Source of the DNA: Paraspadella gotoi
Lineage: Eukaryota > Animalia > Chaetognatha
Reading direction: 5' to 3'
Length of the DNA: 64,000 nt
Assembly: GCA_051294375.1 (NCBI GenBank)
Contig: CM119266.1
Location: forward strand, 10,131,677-10,195,676
Shown: piece after piece, positions 36,192 to 50,823 of the stretch
Layout: every line of letters starts with the position of its first letter
How positions within the stretch are numbered: the first letter of the stretch is position 1
Made by a program: the position numbers and the translations under genes
The notes under the pieces: generated by a model
The model's database searches: none
The model's input: only the letters and a program-made list of their open reading frames with translations
What the model was told of the DNA's origin: nothing

Positions 36192-39100
36192 CTGCTGGAC
36201 AAATGGCCAAATGGCCTTTGTTGGAATCCGACTACATTGGGCTCCATTCTGACAAGGGTTAGGATGCAGACGTCCGTCCGAGTCGCAATGTCGCCAACGA
36301 AGGTCGTCTTGCAGACGCAGTGTAACCTCCGTTTTCATCGAGCATTGGAGGGTTGTTGTCCTTGAGGAGAGGAGGGAGGAGGAGGAGGAGGAGGAGGGAG
36401 AGAAGAGGAGAATATAGGGGAAGAGAAATGACAAAGTATTAGCTTTCTTAGCCTATTTTCCATAACGCCTTCATTTAATCTTAAATTTGGAATTAGATTA
36501 ATTTTTAATAAAGATTAGGTTGAAAATTAGATTAAGGGTTTAGGTTAGGGATTAGGCTAGCGATAAAATTTAGAAATTTGGTCAGTGATTTAGGGTTATG
36601 GTTAGGAGGAGAGTAGAAATTACGCATTAAAGGTTTGGGTTAAGGTTAGGGCTTAGGATTAGGTCAAAGTTTGAGATTGACGTTAGAAATTAAGGTTAGG
36701 GATTAAGTTATTAATTTAAAAAATATATTTTAAGTAGATATTAAGGTTTAAATTTAATTCCGGATAAAGCAAAATAATGGGGCGCTCTGAGAAAAAGAGG
36801 AACCCCCGCCCCCCATCGACACCTGATTGCACGGTCCCAAATTCTGATTGGCGTACGCACTCGTTCACATTCGTCCCGCACCTGTTCCCTCTCCACCCGC
36901 TCGTGCATCTGCACGTGAGAGGCATCGACATATATGAGGCAGCTGTCAGGTGCAGTCGCGGCGGTCTATGGCGCAGGTGGGGCCGATGTAGCCTGGTTTT
37001 GGAGGTGAGGTGTGGAGGGGTGGTGAAATGAAAAGGTTGAAAATGGAAATGACCAGGGAAATTAGCAAATGGAAAGGGAAATGGAAGAAGAAACGAAAAA
37101 ATGAAGTGGAAAATATAATTGGGACATGGAAATTTAAAAAAAAAAATTAAAATGGTAATATTGAATTGGAAAATGTAAAAAAAATGAAATGGCCCTGCTA
37201 AATAAAAAATGGAAATAAGTAATGAAAAATCGTAAAAAACTCAAATTGATATGTAAAATAGAAAATAGAAAGGTGGCTATGAAAAATGGAGAAAATGGAA
37301 ATGGCAGGGAGAAAAGAAAGGGAAAATGGAAAAAAATGTAATGGCGGGGAAAAAAGAAATTTGGAAAAGGGGGAAAATGAAAAAAATGAATGGCCACGCA
37401 AAAAGAAAATGGAATGAAAAAATTGGAAAAAAAAAAGAAATGGCTAGTAAAATAGAAAATGGAAATGAAATTTGCAAAATGGAAAAAGGAAAATGACCCT
37501 ACCAGTCCTTCCCAGAGCCTACCAGACCTGAAGCAGATCTTAACTGACTTACCGGACCCAACCAGACCTTACCCAGACCCTTACCGGACCTAACCAAGAC
37601 CCCTTATCCTCGAACTCTCTGACATCTGCACTTGAATCTTTGACAGAGTCAGTCCGGAATCGATCTCGCAGACTCTCCGTTGAGACAAGGAGACGATCGC
37701 ATTTGGTGACAGTGGCGCAGAATGGACCCGAGAATCCGGGAAGACAAAGGCAAGAGAAACTGCCCGGTTATTGGCGCAGAGTCGGGTGTTGACTGTGGAA
37801 AGAAAAAGTCATGGTGAGTGGGGCTGACGCTTCGCCAAAAAAAAAGTACATTTGTTTCTTCGTTTCTCTTATTGGCCAAAAAATAACGAATGAACTCGAT
37901 CGAAAATTCGGCTCTTCTTTTCCAGAGTGCCCCATTTCTGTACGCTATTCCAGCAACTTAATTTTAACCTTAGTATAAAATTGGTAATTTTTACAAATCA
38001 ACTTAAATATGTTCTTAATGCTATAGACCAATCCATTAACCTCAGAAATAACAATAACCCCCTAATCCTAATTAATCCCGAACCAAACCTTTTAAACCCT
38101 AAACTCTTGTTCATACCCAATCTCTACCCTGATTACAACCAAGTCCCTAAAACCTTAAACCTTAGTTAATATCTAACTTAATCCCTAATCTTAACCTCCA
38201 GCCTATCATTAACTTAACTAAAAATTAATGTAATTCAAATTTAGGCTAAAATGAGGCCATTCTGGGAAAATAAGCCAAGCTAGGGGCAAGATAGGTTTAT
38301 TTATAAAGTGATATGAATAATTTTTATATAATGGTCTTACAATTTCGTTATCCTCTCATACAACCTACAACCGACCCCACCACCTAGGCCCCCTTCCCTC
38401 TTTCTCTCAAACCCACCGCCACGCAATTCCCTTTCCCGCCGTGGTAGCGCATTCGTTTGACGTCTTGCTCGCAGGAGTCACCCATCCAACCGGAACTGCA
38501 TGAGCAGATGGCCTGCCAGAGACAATATTGCAGACGCCATTGTTCTTGCAGAATCCTGACATGAGTTTGTCTCGCAACGAGGACCAAGAAAAACCTGAGT
38601 AATATTTTTGTTTTTTGTTTTATTTTTTTATGTTGTTATTTGATGCTTATTTTTATTTTTGATTGTTCTTGTTGTTATTTGTTGTTAGATTTCAATGTTG
38701 TTGCTTGTTTTCGTTTGCAGCTACATTCACAACCACATAATTACCGGCACAAAAGCAACCACCGCAACAAGAAAAAACAACAAGAACAACAACAAAATTC
38801 TTAGCAATCGCAACAACCACAACACTTTGTCCCCAAATTAACCATAACAACGACAACAACACAAAATTTATAAGCAACAACATCAACAACATTAAGCACA
38901 ACCAACAATTCCACAATAATCTCAAAAAAACCAAAACCACATCCACCATCAACAACCTGATGGCACTGGCACTTCGGCCTAGCAAGGGTCAGCTGGATCG
39001 GGGAGCAATCCCTTGGTTGGCGCAAGGGTTTGGCTGGCAGGCATTTGACATCTGGCATTGATCGCCAGTTAAACAGCGTCTTTGCAAAGACATTTGTAGG

Positions 39101-42100
39101 AACCGTATAGATTTGACAAACTTGGTCTTTGTCTGAAAAGAGAAAAGAATAAGAATTAAGAAAGAAAGAATGAGAATTGAGAAAGAAATGAGAATTGAGA
39201 AAGAAACAATGAGAATGAGAATAGAAATCAAGAAACGAATGAAGTGATCTAAAGATTTCACAGAATTTGTTTCTTCCATTTGCTCATCCTTAAGATTTCA
39301 CCCACCGATCACAAGGACCGTAAGGATTGTTTCACAAACATTCGTTGACGTCCTTGTCGCAATTTCTCCCGTGAAACCTGTAAAAAAAAAGAGTGAATAA
39401 ATAAAGAAAATATTCCAAAAAAGGTACCTATCTTGGTATGTATGTATCGAATAAACGAGTTATTAAAATACTTAAGTATCTTTTAAAAATATATTATCTT
39501 TCCTGTAATCAAGTCAGCATTATAATCAAGACATATTTTATGAATTAAACGAAAATCAAAAAAATAAAAATTTTTTTTCCTAAAATATATAATTAAATAA
39601 CGAAAAATATTGTTAGTACAAAAATTCCAAATACAATATTATTAGATATTAATGATAATAATGAAAAAAAACATACAAACCTGTTTTGCAAGTGCAGAAC
39701 AAACTTTCTTCAGTTGAGATTTGGATTTAATTTGCATTCGCCCTCTTTACACGGATTCGGCGAAAAGGAACAGTTCACAACTTTTTCCATGGAAGCCGGT
39801 TTCGCAATAGCATCTGGTTAGAGAGAGAGAATACAATTAAAAATAGATCACATTTGTCAAAAAAAAAAAATATTAAAAAAGTTTTTTTAACCGACCATTA
39901 TTTATTTATTTATTTATTATTCCAATAAATTTTATGCCCCATAACTGTCTGTTCTCCCATTATTTAATTTTAGCCTTAACATTAACCTAAATAAGTTTAA
40001 ATGTAGAAAACTAATCCCTAATCCAAACCTTAACCCTCAACACTTATCCTTAATGTCTAATCTAAACGCTAGTTCGTAACCTAAAATCCCTAACCCTAAT
40101 TACAAACCAAGTCCCTAACCTTAATCACTATCCTAATCCTTAACCTTAATCGTAATTTTTAAATCAAAGAATTAATTAAATTTTTAATTTAAGATAAAAC
40201 GGGGCATTCGGGGAAAATAAAGGCCTATCTTTTCTTCCCCATCTCTTCCTCCTTTTCCCATTCATTTTCCCAATCAATTTTCCCATCTCAACCCCTCCCT
40301 TAACCATCTCACCTGTATCCATTGTTCCGGACCATGATGCCACCTCCCTTGGTTTCCGGCACGGGTTCGGCTCGAATGCAGGGTCCCGGAGTGAAGGAAG
40401 TCGTCGGTTTCAGTGTGGAAACGGTGGAAACCGGAGTGGTAGTCAGAGTGGAAAACGGTGGAAACCGAGTTGTGCAGAGTAGAAACCGGAGAACGGGTGG
40501 TAACGAAAGTGCTGGTGGATGGCTGGAAGGTGAGGGGGCGGTAATGGAAAATTCGCCCGATGATTGGTTAAATCCAAGTCCGTTCGACCAATCAGAATTC
40601 GAGAAATTGGAAATAGGATTGAGGCGGTGGTTTTTATTTTTTTTTTTTAAAATGTTGTTATTTTCCTTCTCGCTTTTGATCCACGACCAAACATAACAAC
40701 ATGCTTTATTACAAAAAAATGTTTGGGAGTGATTTATAATTCCTTTTTTTATAATTTACCTTAGTCCCAATATGATCGACTTAGGCAAAATTGTTTTTTT
40801 TAAGTAAGTAGATTTTTTTTTGCTTTATTTAGTAATTAACTGAATAAGAGTTTAGGAAATTAGCTTAAAACGGAAATATAACTGAGAATCTCACTACCTA
40901 ATTGCTTTAATTAAAGAAGAATAATATTGCAACTTCCAAAACAAAAAAAAAAGATAAATTAAATGTAAAATTAAAAAAATTATCAATTAGATCGTTTACG
41001 GTATTTATTTGAAATTGTAGATCATAATCAAATATAAAACTTTAAATTTGCTTAACAGTCGAGAGTTTAAGCCCTAATAAAAAAAACGCTTAGTAATTTG
41101 AGAAAAAAAAATTTCCCAATACATTCATACACCCACTTTAATCCATTTTTTTTCTGGCCCCCCTCTTTCTTACTTACCCCCCCTCACTCATCTCAAACTT
41201 GGCTCCTCGAACTCACCTTGGTAGACTTCGAACTGGAACATCTGCAAATCTCTGACGACGAGAATTTGTTGCCGTCCGTCGACCTCTAAACTCCAGGACA
41301 TTGAGGGCGGCCAGAATCGATGTGGACGGGAAACTTCGAGGAGGCCAAGTTGACGGTTTGATCTCTCTGCGAAATGAGAAATCAATTAAGAAATCAATTA
41401 AAAAAATGAATCAATTCAAGAAACCAATAAATCAATCAATTCTTCAAAAATTCAAACAAGAAATCAATCGAGAATGGATCAAACGATCAATCAATCAAGA
41501 AATCTAAAAATTCGATTGAGAAATTCATTGTCGTCGTGCGTCGGAATGAGTTCACCCCCTGCCTATCAGCATGACACCTTCCGGTCGTGACACGGCGGCT
41601 TCAATGATTAACGCCGGCAGATCATGACCATTATCCTAATCTCTAATAGTATCTTCCTGCGGGAACGCGAGTCGAATGTACAAGTCATCTCTCACCGGTC
41701 GCGACTGAAGGGGACTTACTTACAGGCGGGACGAACTATACTCTAACTTGCTATAAGTTATAGCAATGCCCGACTCGCGCTGGATCTTGTCTTTAAAGTC
41801 CGGCATCGATTCTTAACCTGACAGTCCAATTCCAGTCACCCACTGCGTCCTCTCCAACGGTCGTCACGAATTCTCTTGGTTGGATTCTCGTCGGCGAACT
41901 GAATTCTTTATACAGGTGTTCAACGAGGGTATTGATTTAATGTTACGCAATGTTACGAGTCGACAATGACAAAAGGGCTCTTCCTCCGAAAGTGAGCCAT
42001 TTTTCCCCCCGTTATCCCAGATCGTATACGACACGGATTTTAAATCGGAGTGAAATGAAAAGATCAAATGCTGTGGCAAATAATTTGTTATAGCAACTTG

Positions 42101-42310
42101 AGATTTTGCCTTGGTAGAAAAATGTTGCAAAAGAAAGCGCTGGAAGGCAAGCGCACCAGTGGTTATGATGTAAATATTATCAATTTGCTACATAGGAACG
42201 CCAACCTCATAGACGGCTGGGCGTCTAGTGGAACGTTCCATTGGTCGTTGTTGAGCCGAGTCCCGAATGAAATTCTAAAAAAGGAAGGGAAGGAGAGAGA
42301 GAGAGAGAGG

Positions 42311-42386
<76 letters not shown>

Positions 42387-42440
42387 TGATGAGAAAAAAG
42401 AAGATATGAGAGGAAAAAAAATATTACTTTCTCTCTTTCT

Positions 42441-42496
<56 letters not shown>

Positions 42497-43067
42497 CTCT
42501 CTCACCTACAAATCCTCTTCTCCCCTCCGACTCCGAAATCGAAGTAAATCCACTGTGGAGGTTGATCCCTCGAATGCCAAAACTTTCATCTCGTGCCTGT
42601 GCCAGATCTTTCTCTTTGGACACTCCGGTCTTTCGGGCCTAAGAAAATTTTTAGTTTGTTTTGTTTGTTCCGTTTGTTTGTTGATTTTGTTTTGTTGGTT
42701 TTTGTTTTGTTTTGTTTTGTTTTGTTGTTGTTTGTTTGTTGTTTCGTTTATTTCGTTTGTTTCGTGTGTTTTGTTTATTTTTTGTTTATTTGTTTGTTGT
42801 TTTGTTGTTTTTGTTGTTTGTTGTTTTTTGTTTGTTTGTTTGTTGTTTTGGTTTGTTTTGTTTAATCAACAGTCTAAAGGTTCCGACCGACCGACCAAAA
42901 TGACGACCGACCGGACTTTCCAAAACTCATTTAAACCTGAACGCCTTGATCGCGTCCCACAGAGATTCTCGAAATGAAGACTTGGCGTTCGCTCTCCCGA
43001 CGGTCGCCAAAGCCACGTTCTCTGTGCCGCATCTGAAGCCGTTGGAATCGGTCGTCGAGACGGGCGA

Positions 43068-43108
<41 letters not shown>

Positions 43109-44100
43109 CTTTGTCGGTTTGTCCGCCGTCTGGCGGCGCATTCAACGTTTGTGGCCAGTCGCAGACTGTGAGTTGCGGGTTGAATCGAAGGCTGGATGGG
43201 CAATCCTGTGGAGTGGAGGAGGGGGAGAGAGGAGGGGAGAGGGAGAGAGGGAGAGGGGAGAGAGAGGAGGGAGAGGGGGAGACGGAGGACGGGGAGAGAG
43301 GGGGAAAGAGAGGGAGGGAAAGGGGGACGAGAGCGAGGGGAAAAGAGGAGGGAAAGGGGAGGAGAGAGGGAGGGAGAAGGGGAGAGAGGAGGAGAGGGAG
43401 AAGGGGGAGGGGGGAGAGGGAGGGAGAGGGGAGAGAGGGAGGAGAGAGGAGGGGAGAGGGGAAGAAGGAGGAGGGGGAGGAGGTAGGGAGGAAGAGGGGC
43501 AAAGAGATCACGGAGCGGCGGAGAGAGAGTGGAAGAGAGTGAGAGAGGGGGGGAGAGGGAAAGGGAGAGAGAGAGGGAAAAAAGAGAAAGAGAGAGAGGG
43601 AGAAAGAGAGAGAGAGAGAGAGTGAGAGAGAGAGAGTAAAGATAAAAGGAAAATAAAAAATCAGGAATAAAAAAAATTGAAAAAAAAAAACACAGATACT
43701 AGTTTACTCAAGCAATCATTATTATCTTCAATCTTGCTACGTCACGACCAAATAGCGCCAGCCAAAAGCAGCGCCACTGGCCACACACGGCCAAGTCGGG
43801 ACACGCCACGGGCCACATCACGGGCCAAGCCTCCTAGCCCAAAAAAAACCCACACCTTTATGTAAGGAATTGTTATTCGCGAAATGGATAAACACGGAAC
43901 CCCGCAGTGTTAGGATCCGGAATAGACCCGCTTAAGATGGACTGACACGAGAGTGTTGGGCGCCACCTTTAGTTCAGCGGTACGGCGGCGCGGGAATAGT
44001 CTCGTTTCTTACGGGAAGATGTCGCCACGGAGATCGAAAGGCCGACGTTAGGGAGCAGCAGGTCGCCAAAACCAAGAACGTTCGATTAAAGGGACGACAT
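36192..44100 (-). CDS. Duplicate of the CBM14-LamG-EGF gene with the same frameshifts
   Basis: Appears identical to 17688-25596 at offset +18504. Confidence 0.75.
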
Positions 44101-44410
44101 ATTTTTTTTGGGGGGGAAGTTCTATTTTGTGAATTGAGAATTTTAAAAAGGGAAAAAAAAAAAAAATTCCCGATGAAATTAAAAATTTTAAGGGAAACGA
44201 TTTTTTTTTTATATATATTATATTACTGTGGCGACTACCTATATCATATATATGTTTTTTATCAAATTCCCGCCCGTTTAAGTATCTAATTTTTTTAATA
44301 GTTTTTTTCTTTTGATCGCATTCCTCCCCTCAAAGGAATCTTCGTGATCGATTTGAGCATGAGAGAAAAGGATCTATCTTCTCTCTTCCTCTCTCTTCTC
44401 TCTCTTTCTC

Positions 44411-44470
<60 letters not shown>

Positions 44471-47400
44471 ACACACACACCACAGACCACGCTTTCGATC
44501 ATCGACGTCAACAGAAGGAGATACTAATCCCAGAATCGTCACCAAAAATATTCAGTCTCAACTTCCGATCAATAAAATTCTAGGGTTAACGTCGAAGCAA
44601 CTTACCTGAATTTACTTACTTTCAATAGCAAAATATTTTAAAAATTTTTTTTTATACATTTTTGCTAATCTAAGGATATTGAAAATAATACCCGGACTCT
44701 CTTTATTGGTTACTGATACTAAATAAATCTTCATTGACATTCAAAAAAAATTTATTTACATATTTAACTTTAAAATTAATATTATTTAAAACTATAATTG
44801 ATTGGATTTTTAAAATACTGATTAAAAAGACCAACTTCATTGACTGATGACAACTCCAACCTGAACATCCTTACTCACCCAGTCAACTTGTCTTTAGTAC
44901 TTTGCATAATCCATTCAAAGAATGTGAGCCGAATGAGAGAGAAGGGAAAGAGTTAAAAATTAGCAGAGATTAGAGTGATAATCATAATAACAATTACAGT
45001 AATGACTCAAATGCTTATCTTATTTTAATTTAATTTAATATAGTTTATCCAACAATTGATTTCATAATTGTATTTAAAGCTTTTTTTTAATCTTATTGTA
45101 TGATGTCCCCTTAAAGATTTGAAACAAACAATCCTTAAATTGAGTTTATTTTTTTCAGATAAACAATGAAAACAAAAAAGAAAGATGTTAATATAAGTAA
45201 AGTTTAGAATATTAAGCAAATTTAGTATTAGCTCACTCCCCTCTTCCTCTCTCTTTCTCTCTCTCTCTCTCTCCTCTCTCTCTCTTCTCTCTCTCTCTTC
45301 TTTCACTCCCTCCCTGTCTCTTTCTTTTATTTGTTTTCTATTTACATTGTTCTTCAAACTCGAACCGTCGTTTATGGTGATAATCTTCTTCTCTCTCTCT
45401 CTCTCTCTCTTCTCTCTTCTCTCTTCTCTCTCTCTCTCTCTCTCTCTCTTCACCCTTACCTCTTTCTATTATATTTTCCTTTATCTCGTGGAGCGAAAAC
45501 TCTTTCACAACGAATATTCAAACGAATCCATAATTCAAGTCTAATTTTTTTGGTACTAAAACCTGAAATATTCCAAAGTTGGCTGATCGATTAATCTGAA
45601 CTTTAAGATAACTATTAAGCCGGCGTATTTTTGTTCTGTATTAATAATTATGCTACCAGTCACCCACGCTTTTGTGTTTTCTTAAAAATACCTTTTTTTA
45701 TGACAACCTCCGGTTATTTAATTCTTTATTCCAGTTTTCTATCATCAAATCATTTTCTATTCATTACAGTTTATTATATTTTTTTACGTAAAAATATATA
45801 ATTAATTCATTTAATTATTGTATTAATATGATTTTTAGGGTCATCGTCTTGTAAATGTGTTTTTTTTTTGTTTGTAAATTTAAAAAAGATTAATCGGTAT
45901 TGTTGCGCGTAAGAGAGACGAGACAGAGAGAAACAGAGCAAGCGAGAGAGAGAGAAGAGAGAGAAGAGATGAGAGAGAGGAGAAGAGAGAGAGAGAGAGA
46001 GACGAGAGAGAGAGAGAGAGCTGCAATACCATAAATCGATAGAACAGGAACTAAGGACAAAAAAAATTTATAAGCGGCACAACTTCTAGTCTCCTTGCTC
46101 CTTTTTAAACATAAGCAGAAAAAGATTGCGTAAAAAAATGTCGTTTTCTCGTATATATATATTTTTCAAATATAATAATTATAGTCTCTTGCAAAACAAA
46201 ATCTTTTGCATCAGTTGCGTTAATGAGAGGGGTAGAGAGAGAGAGAGAGAGAAAACGAGAAGAGAGTGAGAGAGAGAGAGAGTTTGTTATATCACATTAT
46301 ATCACAACATTAATAGTTTTATCCCAAACTCTTCTTGTCAGAGAAAGCTGAGAATAATCGGCCATATTCTTCAAAACCGCCCCCATTTCAGCCTAAATTC
46401 AGAATAAAATTTTCAAGTTTAAAAAAAAAAGGTTAAAGGTAAAAAAGGTTAGAGTAATGTTAGATTTTGTGATAGGGTTAAAATAGGTAAAACAATTCGG
46501 TTAGCGATTACGTGAGAGGTTTGAGAGAGAGTTTAGGGAAAGAGGATAAGATTAGGGTTAGGGATTAGAGTTTAAACATAAGGATAGAGGATTAGGTAGT
46601 TGTTTAAGGAACTCGGGATAGAATAGAAGAGATTATTTAGACGATTAGGATTAGAGTAATTGGAAGGGAGGAAGGACTTCGGGTAGAAATAAAGAATTAG
46701 GGTTAGCATCAAGATTAGGAGTATGGATTAGGTTTAGTGATTAAGGACTCGATAGGAAAAATGAGATTAGGTTTTAGAAATTAAAGGATTTAGCGTATAT
46801 GGAGATTAGGTAGTGTTAAGGACTCGGGAAAGAAAAAAGGAGAAAATTAAGGAACAGTATGAAGTTAGTGTAAGGACTCGGGGATAGAATAAAAGAATAA
46901 GGGTAGATATTTTAGTTAAAAATCCAAGATCAATCACAACCCAAATCAACACCCCAAAAATCTATAGCCAACACCCCCCGCGTCATCCGAAGCCCAACGA
47001 TCGTCATAGACCACTATCCACCCCACGTCGAAGACCCACGTGTCTGAAGGAACGCGTTCAAAGGATGTAGACCTCGCCACGATGTTCAAGTTAGATCGTC
47101 AACGGCTGCCCACGGGGCGTGTGTAACTCGCGATTACCGGCGCCGTTTCTTCGCCCCCTCGCTGCGTCCGTCGCCCAGAAACGAGCAGCATCGAGATAAA
47201 CTCGCCGTCGCTGACGCCGTTTCTGTACCGCGCCCCAGTCGTTCGTCCGTTGTCGACGCACAAGCCGAAGGAGATTAGATCGGAGCAACGTGCGCCCGAC
47301 GATTCTTCCTCATTCTTCCTCGGCGTTCGGCCGAGTTGGCGTCGAGAACCGCGCCAAGTATTCGGCGCAACGAATCCCGTTGGCGTCGCGTCAAAGGGGG

Positions 47401-47975
47401 GTGGCGGTGACGCCGCCTCCGAGTAGACCGGAAGATGAACTTTTTTGTTGGTTTATGATCATATATTATGGTTATTTTTTAATTAAATTCTCCTGGGACT
47501 TTTTTATTTATTTTATTTTTTATTATCACTTTGTTTAATTTCCTTGTTCATTGTTCTTTATTTGTTTATGTATTTGGTTATTGATTATTGTTTTCTTTAT
47601 TAATTTGTCTCTNNNNNNNNNNNNNNNNNNNNNNNNNTTCGAGGAATAAGGGTAATTCCATTATTTCTTTATATTTTATTTTTATATATTATTATTTTAT
47701 TTTTTTACTTAAGTGCGCTTGTCATCCTCGGGAAACGCAAAACCCCGCTGTGGCTATGTGACGGGAAGATCCCGTACGGAAATAGAGGGCCACATCGGGG
47801 TCCCGGGCGAACATTATCATAAGAACGGCGTTGAGGCAGATAACTACTACAAATTCTTAACGATTATAAATTACTGTAAGTATAAATTATACTATATTGA
47901 AATCTACCTCTATCACATTTAAACTAATCGAACCTTGCGCTTCAACCTTAAAAATAACGTTTACTCAAAATAAAG

Positions 47976-48540
47976 ATGGCTATATCAAATTTGCAATTTC
48001 GTAATGTTTTCATCATTTCTCTTCTCATCTTCGTCGTCAATTTCTTGATCTACAATTCTTTCGGCGCCGAAGAAGCTTCCAACGCCGATCAGACGTCGTC
48101 GCTCCCACAAACTCTCACGTCGGGCGTCCCATCGAATTCCATCGCCGCCCCCCTGTCGGCGCCCTCCCGCATCCTCCTTCGTCTTTACGAAAGCCTCCGC
48201 GGCGCCGGCGCCCGCCTCTTCCTCACCGAGACGAGCGACTTCTTGAAAGCCGCCTCGCCGACGACCAACTGGACGGCGCGTTTTCTCGATCCCGGCGTCT
48301 TCGTCCAACGTTTCGGCGTATTTGGCGAGGACGCCGCCGCTCTAGACTCTGCCCTGGAAGACCTCGACGAGTGCGTGGGGGAGGGGGCGCCGTGCGGCGC
48401 TAAGGTGGACATCAGGCGGCGCGAAGAGGACGGCGTCGTCGTCAATTTCGTCGTCGTCGTCGAGACGAATGAGGACGACGCCGGAGGAGTTTTGAAGTCG
48501 GAACACGTTCCCTTTTATCGATGGAAGAAGATTCGGTTTC
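47976..48540 (+). CDS. Fukutin-like (LicD family) gene, exon 1: type II membrane anchor and stem
   Basis: MAISNLQFRNVFIISLLIFVVNFLIYNSFG is a short tail plus TM helix. ...EHVPFYRWKKIRF can splice in phase 1 (C|GTTCGT at 48541) to GC-CAC-GGC-TAT of exon 2, giving FYRWKKIRFRHGYRWTG. The donor position is inferred. Confidence 0.65.
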
Positions 48541-48648
48541 GTTCGTACTTTCGACGAGGAAGAGAAGGTCGTGTTGATGGTGATGTTGATGTCGAAAATG
48601 GGTACAACTCATTAAAAAAATATNNNNNNNNNNNNNNNNNNNNNNNNN

Positions 48649-48885
48649 TGTTATGTTTAGTGATAGAACCGGTTCAATGTAAGCAGTCCCTGAGCTTCTG
48701 TCGGATCAGGGAGGCAACACCGTGTTACAGGCGGGGTTTTAAGCATCCGCAGTCAATCTTACTGCTAAGGCGACCAACCGGCTGGAAACCCCGGACCTTT
48801 GGGTTGAGAAGGCGAATGACATTTGCACTCCGGCACCAATGAGCCAGTGATGTAAACGTTGGTAGGATTTTTAGTCTACGCACAA
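48649..48885 (-). mobile_element. tRNA-derived element, noisy copy in fukutin-like intron 1
   Basis: Matches 4492-4723 with many insertions; starts at a 25-N gap. Confidence 0.75.
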
Positions 48886-49451
48886 AGTTCGATTCTATTA
48901 CATTAAGATATTAAGTTAAGTCTATCAGGTCCTCTGAACTAGGGATATTTACTTTGCGTAGCGTTTAAGGCCCTAAATCGCTGTCTTACAAGATAATAAC
49001 ATAAAACGACCCCGGGAAGTTTGCATTCGTATTCTTCCTCATGATGTTATGATGTACTGCAATTGTCAGGTATTGTAATATTTTTGCCAAGTATCGACGC
49101 ATCGTGTTGAGTGTCGAACCTTACTAAATCTTGTTTGGTCGTCACAAGAGGAAGCTTTTTTCTGTTAATTACCTCTTTAATTATATAGTCAGTTGGGCGA
49201 TCCTCATTTGCCTCCCGTATATCTTTGGCTTGTGGACATGCTAATGTACGTCGTTCACGCAACCGTGACATGGAGATACAGAACTGGAACCGGATCAAAG
49301 ACTGCGGAAGAAATCAGCGAAAATGGAGATCATGCTTTCCATGTTGTTTTTTTTTTTTTTTTTTTTTGAAAAGCCCGTGCCTCTGTCTCTTACCGCCTTT
49401 AAATGCAAACAAATTAAAATAAATTTCAAGACCGACATTTAAAAACTTTAG

Positions 49452-50823
49452 GCCCACGGACTAATAGATCGGACGGGGAGAGCGAAAAGGACGAACCCTG
49501 GGCGACTTTCACTTCCCGCGAGCCTTCGACCGAATTTTCGTCTGACGGCCGACGACGGCGGGAGAGACGCTCTTCTTCGCTCCGGACGACGTGGATCTCT
49601 TCGTTTGGCAAAAGGAGGCGTCCGAGTTTTAAGGACTGGAAAAGTCGTCGACGGTGGGCGGGTCAACGAAATTGAAGAGGCGACGAGACGGCGACGGCGA
49701 ACGCGACGGCGTAGCGCGCGACTGGCGCGGCGGCAGCATCCCAAAGGCCAACGCCTCACTCGAGACGAGGAAAGGATCGCAAAAGGTCGTGGACGAGTGT
49801 TGGAGACGGTGAAGGAGTTGTTGGCGGAGGTTCGCCTCCGGCCTTTCATTGCAGCAAAGGAGTTTCTGCTAGAATGGTTTCGTCAATGCAGTTACATTCC
49901 GGAGCGACTATGACCTCGACTTTCTTCGGTTTTGGTGGAATGGACGGCGTGGTTAGGGGAGTGTGTGTGAGAGAGAGAGACGAGAGAGAGGAGAGAGAGA
50001 AAGAGAGAGAAGAGAGAAGAGAGAGAGAGGGGAGAGAGAGAGAGAGAGAGAGAGTAGAGGAGAGAGAGAAAGAGAGAGAGAGAAGAGAGAGAGAGAGACA
50101 GAAGAGAGAAGAGAGGAGACGAGAGAGAGAGGAGAGAGTAAGGGCGAACGGAGAGAGAGGAGAGAGAGAGAGAGAGAGAGAATTCATCAATGAACTGGCA
50201 ATCTTCTACTTTTTCTTTGTTCGACATGAAACAGCGCCATTATTCCTTGGATTAAGCTTCACTTACCCTAACGGCTTTGTTTCTTACGCTCCGCCAGCCT
50301 TCCCTCCTCTTTCCCTAACGCTGCTACCGCTTCCAGAACTGTTTATGCTTAATTTTCCGTGAAATGATCCAGAAACAGACACATTATCTTATTTATAATA
50401 TTAATCTTTTTTTTTTTTTGTTCGACTCAGTTAGCGCCCGAGATGATACGCTCCGTTACGGATTTCCTCGTCGCGAAGTTCCATTTTTGGCATCTGGAGC
50501 GTCGTCAATAACGTTCGATCCGGCAAGTTAAACCCACACACGCGATTCTTCTATCACAACAACTCTCGGGCTTGCACGTTGACGTATTTGCTCATGGCTC
50601 TGAGGAGGAAGACGGCACTTCCGAGTTTGTGAAACCGGGTCCCTACTACGACTTCACCGTCCGGGTCTGCTCCGCCGAACTTCACAGGGGTTCTGGTCTA
50701 CAGTGCCTTGGTTTCCGAACGAGGAGATCGGACTACGAATGCTCAAAGTCTGGTGGGAAAGGGCTATATGCGTCCCAAGGAAAAAAAAGGAATATCTTGA
50801 TACAATCCCGTAATCCGTTTTAG
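49452..50823 (+). pseudogene. Frameshifted copy of fukutin-like exons 2-3 (probably uncorrected read errors)
   Basis: Fragments [27 protein letters not shown] and PYYDFTVRVCSAELH match 57391-58602. Confidence 0.75.

Larger units (their letters stand above)
29116..47612 (+). repeat. Large tandem duplication, copy 2
   Basis: Starts CTCCGAT, matching 10099. 29116-~36030 is indel-rich relative to copy 1; the rest is near-identical. Bounded by 25-N gaps at 29091-29115 and 47613-47637. Confidence 0.95.

Noticed and set aside
47713-47922. 69-aa ORF upstream of the fukutin-like gene
   Set aside because: No ATG start, no recognisable motif, and it lies next to a gap.
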